Below are positions 34,144-44,104 of a stretch of 64,000 nucleotides of DNA, one piece after another; within the stretch, counting starts at the first letter, position 1, and every line of letters starts with the position of its first letter. Both the position numbers and the translations under genes were made by a program. The notes under the pieces are model-generated. The model was not told where the DNA came from. It saw only the letters and a program-made list of their open reading frames with translations, and did not search any database. The DNA is taken from assembly GCA_013416795.1 (NCBI GenBank), contig RQSC01000525.1:2812-66811 (forward strand), written 5' to 3'. Source of the stretch: Prasinococcaceae sp. CCMP 1430 (lineage: Eukaryota; Plantae; Prasinodermophyta).

Positions 34144-36283
34144 TCACACCACGTCGTCGATGCACGGCCACTTCGCAGGCGGCGGCGCGTACCCCGCGGC
34201 GACGCGCGCCGCACAGAGCAGAGGCCCGAGCTCGGCGTCGGCGTGCAGCGCCTCGTACAGCCTGCGGCGCGAGTCGTTCGCCACTGCGCTGTGCGTGCCG
34301 TGCTCGCTGTGGAAGCCGTGGCCTGCCGCGGTCTGCTCCGCGGCCGCCGCGCCGGCCAGGATGGACGTCTCGGCCCGGGGCGAAACAACGGTGCTGTCGT
34401 CCAGGTCCGCGAAGGTGACGAAGCGCGCGAACTGCGCGAACGCCTCGGACGCCATGGCGAAGCTGGCGAAGCGCTCCAGCCGAAGGACGAGGTGCGGCAC
34501 GCCCATCTCGTACGCGCCCCCGCCGAACACGCTCGCGACCATCTGGGGCAGCGCCCATCCGAAGAGGCCCTCCTTGGAGTTGAACACGACGCCCTCCTCG
34601 GGCGTGAGGCGCGGCAGCACGGCGCAGAGGGTCTCGTTCTCGTGCGGTCCCCACAGCGGCCCCACGCCCTTCGTCTTGTTCATCCACCACGGCTCCTTGC
34701 ACGCGTGCGAATACGCCCAGTCGGAGACGGCCATCGAGAACGGCTCGCGCGCGTTGCTGACGTAGCGTATGCGCCCGTTCTCGATGGCCCGCACGCACTT
34801 CTCCGGCAAGCCCTCGTGGTGGTTGGCGCCCGCCCATTCGTCCTCCTCCGGTGGCGCCCACTCGTGCATGAAGTGCGCGCGCTGGCCCGTCGTCGCCTGG
34901 GCCACCTGCAAGTTCCAGTAATCCTTGACGAGGCCCATGATGCGCGGCGTGGCGGACGAGTTCCCGGGGAGGTGATTGTACGCGTAGTGCGGCTTCGGCG
35001 AGCTATAGAGGAGAGGGGGGGGCGGGGGGGGGGGACGCGGGCGACGTGCGCGCGGGCGATGCCCGGGTCCGGGGGGGAGCGCCGCGGTCAGCAGTGGTCA
35101 CCGGCACCGCAATGCAGCCCTGCTACTACTACGGCAGCCTTCTTGCAGCACCACTTGATGAGTCTAGCTAGGTAAGACGGAGCAGGTGGTAAGCGAGGGG
35201 GTGTTGTGAAGAGCGGGCCTACAATAATAGTGGCAGACCGGAACGCACGCTGTCTCCACGACGATCGAAGGCAGCCCTTTGAGGTCCTCGGCGCGCCCGC
35301 CGCCGTCGTCCGCCAGCCCAGATTCGAGCGTCGCGTTGCAGGCCAGCTCCAGCCAGTCCGCGGGGGGGCAGTATTTCCTACTCCCCCGAGGCGCTGCCCA
35401 GTAGTCAGCCGCGCACCGCAGCGCCTTGACGGGATTCTTGGGTTTGAACTCCTTGTGCTCGAGCTGCGAGCGCGCGCACACCACGAAGGGCAGATACAGC
35501 GAGAGGGCGGTCAGCAACGGGCGGGCGGGCGCAACGCGCGCGCCGCGGCGCTTCGTCGACGCTCCAGCGGCGACCGGCCGGCCGTCGCCGCGCGCGCGCG
35601 CGCACATTCCCGACGATGAGCGGCTCGCCGCCCGCGCCTCGCGCCTTGGCGACGCGCTCGAGCAGAAAATTGTGCATCAGCTTCGTCCCGCACTTGTGGA
35701 CCTTGCCCACCACCACCACGCCGCTGCCGCGCCAGCGAGTGACGGAGTTCGCGATGGCGGGCAGGGGGAAAAGAGGAATGTTGTTGCGTGGGGCGACGTG
35801 AGGAGGGAGGGGAGGATAATGGGCGTCACATTGGCGAGCGTCAGCCGCATGCCCACGCAGCGAATGCCGTGCGTCTGTCCACGATGGCAGTGCGCGAGCT
35901 CTGTAGCAATTCGCGCAGAGCTGCGCGCGGGTGTTTGCGCCGCGCGGTGAGCGCGACGAGCGCGGCGCACCGGTACTCGGGCGCGGCCTCAGCCGCGGCG
36001 CACGCGCACGCGCATGCGACCGCCGCTGCCAGCGCGGCGTCCCGTCCCAAGACGCGCACGCGCCGCCGTTGCGCAACTCGTCGCTGCGGCCGCATCGCCG
36101 CCGGGCCGACCAGCGGAGCACGCCGGCTGCTATTGATGTCGACAGACACGTGTCGCCTGCGGCGCGCGCTCCGTGTGGCAGCAGCGGCAGCGGCGGCAGC
36201 AACGGCAGCAGTGGCAGGGGGGGGGGGAGTAGCAGCGGCAGCAACAGTGCCAAGTAATCAATGTGTGGTAGTGTGTGTGTCAT
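34144..36283 (-). CDS. Putative secretory-pathway sulfotransferase-like protein (multi-exon, exon chain partly uncertain)
   Basis: Hydrophobic N-terminus LALLLPLLLPPPLPLLPLL; 5'-PSB-like VHKCGT; 3'-PB-like VSNAREPFSMAVSDWAY; acceptor CTATAG| near 35004. Confidence 0.5.
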
Positions 36284-36507
36284 CGACGCAGCATTGCGAA
36301 AAACCAATGCGTTGTGTCAATGTGTCGTGGGCTGCGTGCCGCGGGCTCGGCGCACTTCGGCGCGCCCCGCGTGGCACGCGACACAGAGGTGCAGAGTGGT
36401 GAACGTGCTCGACGAGCAGAGAGAAAATTGACTTCAAACAAGAATTGCAAAGCGTTGCTGTGTGTCTTGGAATGGCATGTCATGGGCTTTGGGTGGTGCG
36501 AGGTCTC

Positions 36508-38530
36508 TTAGATGCGCAGCGCCTCCTCGTACGCCTCGAGCGCCTCGGCGTAGCGGCCCTGGCGTTGGTACACGTTGCCAATGTTGTTGAGCGTCGCCGC
36601 CACGTCCGGGTGGTCGTCGCCCAGCGCGGCGCGCGTGATGCGCAGTGCCTTCTCGTGCGCCTGGAGCGCCTCGGCGTAGCGACCCTGGTTCATGTACACG
36701 ATGCCAATGTTGTCGAGCGTCGTCGCCACGCCCGGGTGGTCTTCGCCCAGCGCGGCGCGCTGGATGCGCAGCGTCTCATCGTACGCCTCGAGAGCCTCGG
36801 CGGAGCGACCCTGGTCGTAGTACACGTTGCCAATGTTGTTGCGCATCGTCGCCACGTCCGGGTGGTCGTCGCCGAGCTTCGCGCGCTGGATGCGCAGCGC
36901 CTCCTCGTACGCCTCGAGTGCCTCGGCGTAGCGGCCCTGGTCGTAGTACACGCTGCCAATGTTGTTGTGCGTCGTCGCCACGTACGGGTGGTCGTCGCCC
37001 AGCGCGGCGCGGTTGATGCGCAGATCTTCCTCGTACGCCTTGAGCGCCTCGGCGTAGCGACCCTGGCTGAGGTACACGACGCCCATGTTGTTGAGCGTCT
37101 GCGCCACATCCGGATGGTCGTCGCCATGCTTCGCGCGTTGGATGCGCAGCGCCTCATCGTACGCCTCGAGCGCCTCGCCGTATCGACCCTGGTTCTGATA
37201 CACGGCGCCAATGTTGTTGCGCGTCGTCGCCACGTCCGGGTGGTCGTCGCCCAGCTTGGCGCGTTGGATGCGCAGCGCCTCCTGGTACGCCTCGAGCGCC
37301 TCGGCGTAGCGACCCTGGCTGTAGTGCACGACGCCCATGCTGTTGAGCGTCTTCGCCACATCCGGGTGGTCGTCGCCAAGCTTGGCGCGCCTGATGCGCA
37401 GCGCCTCCTCGTACGCCTTGAGCGCCTCGGGGTAGCGACCCTGACTTCGGTACACGCTGCCAATGTTGTTGCGCGTCGTCGCCACGTCCGGGTGGTCGTC
37501 GCCGAGCTTCGCGCGCTTGATGCGCAGCGCCTCCTCGAACGCCTCGAGCGCCTCGGGGTAGCTACCCTGGTTCTGATACACGGCGCCAATGTTGTTGCGC
37601 GTCGTCGCCACGTCCGGGTGCCATGTTGTTGCGCGTTGTCGCCAGGTCCGGGTGGTCGTCGCCAAGCGCGGCGCGCATGATTGGCAGCGCCTGCTCGTAC
37701 ACCTCCAGCGCCTCGCCGTAGCGACCCTGGCTCCGATACACTTCGCCAATGTTGTTGCGCGTCTTCGCCACATCCGGGTGGTCGTCGCCAAGCTTGGCGC
37801 GCCTGATGCGCAGCGCCTTCTCGTACGCCTCGAGCGCCTCGGCGTAGCGACCCTGGCTGGCGTACACAATACCGATGTTGTTGCGCGCCGCCGCCACACT
37901 CGGATGATCGTCGCCCAGCGCGGCGCGCGTGATGCGCAGCGCCTCCTCGTACGCCTCGAGCGCTTTGGTGTGGCGACCCTGGCTATCGTAAACGGCGCCA
38001 ATGTTGTTGCGCATCGCCGCGACATCCGGGTGGTCGTTGCCGAGGTTAGTGCGTTGGATGCGCAGCGCCTCCTCGTACGACTCGAGCGCCTCGGCGTAGC
38101 GACCCTGGAGTACGTACACGAGGCCCAAGTTGTTGCGCACCGCCGCCACACTCGGATGATCGTCGCTCAGCGCGGCGCGCGTGATGCGCAGCGCCTCCTC
38201 GTACGCATCGAGCGCCTCAGCGTAGCGACCCTGCTCCTTGTACACGGTGCCGATATTGTTGCGCATGGCCGCAATATGTCGGTGATCGTTGCCGAGCTTC
38301 GCGCGCTGGATGCGCAGCGCCTCCGCGTACGCCTCGAGCGCCTCGGAGTAGCGGCCCTGGCTCTCGTACACGGTGCCAATGTTGTTGTGCGTCTGCGCCA
38401 CATCCGGGTGGTCGTCGCCGAGCTTCGCGCGCTGGATGCGCAGCGCATCCTCGTACGCCTCGAGCGCCTCGTCGTAGCGACCCTGCTCCGCGGCTGTGCT
38501 CGCCATCTCGAGCTTTTTGATCTCGGCCAT
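36508..38530 (-). pseudogene. TPR-only array (about 16 x 42-aa kinesin-light-chain/TPR_12-type repeats), frameshifted at 37620/37621 and ending mid-repeat
   Basis: Consensus LGDDHPDVAxTxNNIGxVYxxQGRYAEALEAYEEALRIxRAK; 34-nt partial-repeat duplication at 37621-37654 shifts the frame; terminates ...EEALRI*. Confidence 0.8.
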
Positions 38531-39189
38531 GGCCTCGCACCACACCGTCGGAGCCGCCCCCTCTTGTGCCCACCCGCTCGCTCGCTGCGAGCGCCGCAGG
38601 GAGCGCGCCGCCTTGGACAGTGGGACCCACCGACGGTCTCGCGTTGGGCGGGCGAGCGCTCCCACGCACACCCCCTTCCCTCCCTCTTCCCCCCCGACCC
38701 TGCGCCGTGCGCGTGTGGCGCCCCCGCGCTGCTGCCCGCACGCAACGCACCGACACGCCACTGTCAGTCTGTCATTGTCGGGGCTGCGAACCTTCGATGC
38801 TACGTTCAATTTGATACGCGCTTCCCTCACATCACATCACATCGCAGCAAATCGATTGTACTGCAGTCCGAACGATGGGATTTGACCTCAGCGGCGCGAA
38901 GGAGCGGAACATTTTTTTTGCACGCGGCATTGGCATTGGATTCGCACGTCAAAACGAAAGCGCGTGAGAATCGGCATTGGAATTGGACTTTGGGAGCGCC
39001 TCCGATCAATGCGCTGTGACGCGGGTGTGTTTTAGGCTGTGCGCGCGCGTGCGTGAGAGATTTGAAATTGAATCCAATGCGTTTTGACGCGGGTATTTGA
39101 GCGGCGCGGGAGTGGACTGGCTGGCGCCTGGCGCCGCGGCGGTGCTGGTGTCGAAATGCTTACCAGCTAAAATGTGTCTACTAGCTCGA

Positions 39190-42100
39190 CTACCGAGTGA
39201 CTCCACACACATAAAAACAACGTAGTATCGGCACAACAAAGAGTCGTTTCCAAAGCGTTTTTGCATTTCGGATGTTGTTGCGCGTTGTAACTGTCTCCGG
39301 GTGGTCGTCCCCCAGCGCGGCGCGCTCGATGCGCAGGCACTCCTCGTACGCCTCGAGTGCCTCGGCGTAGCGACCCTGGTTCTCGTATACGGCGCCCATG
39401 TTGTTGAGGATCTGCGCCACATCCGGATGGTCGTCGCCCAGCGCGGCGCGGTATATGCGCAGCGCCTCCTCGTACGCATCGAGCGCCTCGGCGTAGCGAC
39501 CCTGGCTGTAGTGCACCATCCCGATGTTGCTGCGCGTAATCGCCAAATCCGGGTGGTCTTCGCCCAGCGCAACGCGCTTGATGCGCAGCGCCTCCACGTA
39601 CGCCTCAAGCGCTTGGGCGTAGCGACCCTGGCTGTAGTGCACGGCGCCGATGTTGTTGCGCGTCCCCGCCACATCCGGGTGGTCGTCGCCCAGCTTGGCG
39701 CGCCTGATGCGCTGCGCCTCCTCGAACGCTTCGAGCGCCTCGGCGTAGCGACCCTGGTTCTGGTACACGGCACCCATGTTGTTGAGCGTCTTCGCCACGT
39801 CCGGGTGGTCGTCGCCCAGCGCGGCGCGCGTGATGCGCAGCGCCTCCTCGAAAGCCTCGAGCGCCTCGGCGTAGCGACCCTGGCTTGCGTACACGTTGCC
39901 CATGTTGTTGCGCGTTGTTGCCACATCCGAGTGGTCGTCGCCCAGCTTAGCACGCCTGATGCGCAGCGCCTCCTCGTACGCCTCAAGCGCCTTGGCGTAG
40001 CGACCCTGGTCCTTGTACACGTTGCCCATGTTGTTGCGCGTCCAAGCCACATGCGGGTGGTCGTCGCCCAGTGCGGCGCGCCTGATGCGCAGCACCTCCT
40101 CGTACGCCTCGAGCGCCTCGGCGTAGCGACCCTGGCTGTAGTGCACGTCGCCAATGCCGATTAGCGACAGCGCAACGCTCGGGTGGTCGTCGCCCAGCGC
40201 GGCGCGCTTGATGCGCAGCGCCTCCTCGTACGCCTCGAGCGCCTCGGCGTAGCGGCCCTGGTGTCGGTACGCGATGCCCATGTTGTTTCGCGTCGCCGCC
40301 ACATCCGGGTGGTCGTCGCCCAGCTTGGCGCGCTTGATGCGCAGCGCCTCCTCGAACGCCTCGAGCGCCTCGGCGTAGCGACCCTGGCGGCGGTACACGT
40401 TGCCCATGTTGTTGCGCGTTCCCGCGACATCCAGGTGGTCGTCGCCCAGCGCGGCGCGGTAGATGCGCAGATCCTCCTCGTACGCCTCGAGCGCCTGCCC
40501 ATATTTGCCAAACACTGTGTCCAACACCATCGCAGCAGTGTGCAAGAGTCTGCCATGATCTACTGCGTCGGCCACGCCGCCCTCCCTCGCCCACGCGCGT
40601 AGCGCCTCTGCATGTGGCACCAACGCCCGCGCACGTGCCCACGTCGACACGTCCTCCTCTTTGTACAATTTCATCTCGGCAGACACAGCGGCCAGCGCGC
40701 CCTGAGCCGAGCGCCCCTCGCGCGCGGCGGCCTGCAATAGACGGTGCATCGAGTAGGTTGCCTCCATCTGTCCCGATGCGCCCAGCGGAATTCGAGGGCC
40801 GAGCTGTAGCAGGTTCAGGTCGCACAGCAGGCCGATGTCCTCGTCGCTGCAGCCGCCCCCGCCGGCGCGCAAAAGTAGGCTCTCAGGGATGCCCCTCGGA
40901 TCAACAAACGCCGCAACGTCCAGCATCTTGGCTGATTGCTTGTATTCCGTCGACTCTCGAACGAAGCGCAGAGGCGCCGCGAGCGCCGCGGACACCTTCT
41001 CATCCGCCTGCTCGATCCCCTCGGCGACGTTTTGCAGCGAGAGTCCCTTCCTCTGGATGACGCGTCTGTCACTCACAAACTTTCGTGTCACGCTGAGCGC
41101 GAGCGCGTGGCCCTTAAGCTCTTCGTGGATATGTAATGCTGCTGCCCGGTCATCCTCGCTCGCATCGTCATCACCAAGCAGCAGGGCGACGCCGGCTGGC
41201 CTACTCAGCGGGCCCACGGCCACGTGGTTGATGTGGCCGATGTCGTCCACCTGGCCCTTCAGCGTGTCGCTGCGCGACGTGAGCAAAATGCGCACGTTGG
41301 TTGCGCCTCTCAACGACGAGAAAAATCGAGGACGCAACCACGCGGCACCACCTACATCCGGCACGTTGTCGAAGACGATGAGGCTTACACTTTTGCGCTT
41401 GATGACGGCCTCCAGCAGCCTGTCCGCAAGCTGCTGCGCCGTGAGCTTACGTTTGCCGATTCTGCTTGGCGACAGATCGCTGAGCGCCGCGAGCGCCTCA
41501 GTGTAGCTGTTTACGAGCTTTGTCTCCTCAGTTTTGTGTTTCTCATCCGTCGCGGCGTCTAGCACCAACACAACGCGATCATCGCGGGGCTTGTTGTCGG
41601 CGGTGAAGGCAAAGCGGTACGCATATCGGTACGCCAGCTGCGACTTGCCCGCGCCAGCGATGCCCGTGAGCGATGCTATTGTGCCAGGCGAGGCAAGCAT
41701 CTCGAGCAGCTTTTGTATTTCCACTTCGCGTCCGATGAGCGCCGGTAAACCGGCCGGTAGACCAAAGTGGAAGAACGTGGTGTTGCTCACAACCAAGCCA
41801 TCCAATTGTACTAGGGCTCTGTCCATGCCAAGGTGTACTTCGACGAGCAAACGTGCATTGATCTCATCCTTGAAGGTGTCCATGTCCTCCTTGGTGCTGT
41901 TTAGTTCCTCTGAGTACCGCGTAGCGCGCACAATTCGGCGCACCGTGCCGCAGTAACCCAAGCACTCGAGCCCACAGCACCAGTCGTCTGCGGCAATCTT
42001 ATCCACCAGCTCCACGCCGCCGTCCACGCGCCTGGCGAAGGCGAGCAGCAGGTCCTTGTTTTCCTTGCGCGCCAATCTGTCTAGCTGCATCCGCGTGGCG

Positions 42101-42835
42101 TCTTCGCCTCCATGGTCCAGGCGCTCCTTCACCTGGCGCAGCGTCGCAGCCGCTGTCTTAACTGCCTTCGCGAAGCGCACGCACTCCTTTACCATAGCGT
42201 GCATCCGCTTGATGGCCTCAGCGAAGCGAAGCAGGCCCTGGCAGTGGCGGTTATAGTAGCGGGTAATGTCGGCGAAAGTCAGCACGCACGCTCCCTCGCG
42301 CAACATGACGGTCGTGTGGCGATACAAAAAGTACAATAGTGAGGTACATTGGCCAGCAAGCTAGCGCCTGCGAGCATGCGGTCGATCTGCCTTCTGCTCG
42401 CTCGGCAACTTTCTGCACGAGTAAAGAAGGTTGTGTGAGTGCTGTGCGGCCAATATCTCCGTTTTGCTTTGCCGTCAAATGACACTCGACACGCGGCGCA
42501 ATTTGTTCGAGGGACTCGGACACCGCACGCACCATCGCTACAGGCCCCAGCCACGGCGCCTGTGCGGCCATTTCCGCCACAACCTCGCTGACACCAAGCA
42601 GGTCCTTGATCACCTCCACGCCCTCGTCGCCGATGATGTTCGTGACTACCTCCACGTCAGCCGCGACATCATCGAATCGTGTCTTGAACTCGGCGACGTT
42701 CTTCGCTACCCACTGCTCCCCGTCCAGCGCTTGCACGCGCCGCTCAGCGCTCTTGGCGCGCTCAGTGGTGGTCGGCTGCCCGTCACGCCTTTCTTTCGCT
42801 GGCGACTCTGACGCATCCGATTCCTGCCCAGACAT
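39190..42835 (-). CDS. NLR-like STAND protein: putative MLKL/HeLo-like helical N-terminus + NB-ARC-type NTPase + about 10 TPRs (exons 42835-42533 and 42237-39190)
   Basis: Walker A GIAGAGKSQLA, Walker B LIVFDNV, RNBS-B-like RILLTSR, GLPL-like GHALALSV, MHD-like YSMHRLLQ, then 126-bp TPR repeats; in-frame phase-0 intron ATG|GTGCGT...GCCAG|GGC. Confidence 0.88.
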
Positions 42836-43580
42836 GGCACAGGCAAACAGGGGTAGGCACCCAGCCGGCTCAGCGGCACGCGCGCGCAGCAGGGCGGCTG
42901 CAAGGGCCGCACTCAATGCAGCGGCGCGTGCCCGCACTGACGCTGCGAGCGCAACGACAAACAGGCGCGCGTCGCCTGCGCGGCTGCGCTCCGCGTGCGT
43001 GCGCGCATGCGCGGCCCAGACTGGGTGAACAGGCGGTGCACACGTCGAGGGGACCGCCCCCGCAGGTGACGCTCCCCACCCCAACACGCCGAGCGCCTGC
43101 GGGTCGGAGGTGCACCCTGTGACACACCCTAGGTCCCTCGCCAGCCCCTCTGCACCCCCCACCCCCCGCCCGCACAACGGTCCCAGCCCGACAGACGCTG
43201 ACGCGATCATGTCCCAAGAAAAAACACGCCCTCGAATTCCATCTAAATCCGCACGTTGACCCTATTTCCAACCACGACCGTGTGCTCACATCGCTGCATT
43301 CACGGAGAACGAAATGGGCGCAGAACCACACACACACACACACAATCATTGCAAGCAGAACACATTGTAACACAATCACAATCACATGGATCATTTACAT
43401 TCACATTCAAATTTCAAAGGCAGCATCTCCATCAACGGAAGGAATTTGTATCAAATCCCACTCAAGGCGTCAATGCTTGAAGGAGCTCAACCTTTGAACC
43501 GACTGAGCTCAGATTGACGTCGTCTGTCTCTTGATGGGGAAGCTGAAGCGGAAGCCTGAGGAGCTCTCCGCACAGTTCAT

Positions 43581-43672
43581 CAAATGGCGCTCAAACTCAA
43601 AGAGCTCGGTTCGCAGTACCAAATGGCACTCTAAGGCCCAGCTCATACAGTAGCGCTATCAAATGGCACTCA
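43581..43672 (+). repeat. Three copies of CAAATGGC(A/G)CTC at 39-40 bp spacing
   Basis: Copies start at 43581, 43620 and 43660. Confidence 0.6.
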
Positions 43673-44104
43673 AAGCATCGATCTTTGGGTTTTGATCGAG
43701 GTTCCTTCGAACGGTGGGAGACTGGGAGTTGTCATACTCAGCGGCACGCGCGGGAATATTGTGTGCGCAGCAGCAGCAGCCGGCGCCACAGCGTGCGCGG
43801 CGACCGTGGCGGCGCCGCGCCGCTCCCACCCCTCGGTCGCCGCCGCGTCGGGTCCCAGGCGGCCGTGCGGGCGCGCGGGAGCCGTGGGAGGGGAGGGTGG
43901 GGGCTGAAGGGGGCGAGCGCGCGGCGCGCCGCGCGTCCGCGGCGGTACGGAGTTTTTTTCCGCGCGCAGCGGGAGAGAAAAAAACGCGGGCGGTCCTGCG
44001 GTCAGCGCCGAGTGCGGGCGCGCGGGCGGCACTCGTGGGCGCTGAGAGACACAGACAGAGCCGCCTTCGCGATTAAGCGGGCAGTTCAAGAGGGGACTCT
44101 GGCC

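Noticed and set aside
36445-40602. Long plus-strand ORFs (36445-37680, 37589-39019, 39301-40164) with repeated VVVAQRGALDAQRLLVRLERLG
   Set aside because: These are codon-aligned antisense shadows of the minus-strand TPR arrays.
42348-42412. Extra 65-nt exon inside the NLR intron (AG...GT flanked)
   Set aside because: Its length is not a multiple of 3; direct splicing of 42533 to 42237 is in frame and yields the more family-like sequence.
42533-42835. Amyloid (HET-s/RHIM-like) signalling motif at the NLR N-terminus
   Set aside because: No N/Q/G-rich pseudo-repeat is visible in the N-terminal exon.
43581-43672. CRISPR-like repeat/spacer pattern
   Set aside because: Only three 12-bp repeats, in a eukaryotic genome, with no cas genes.
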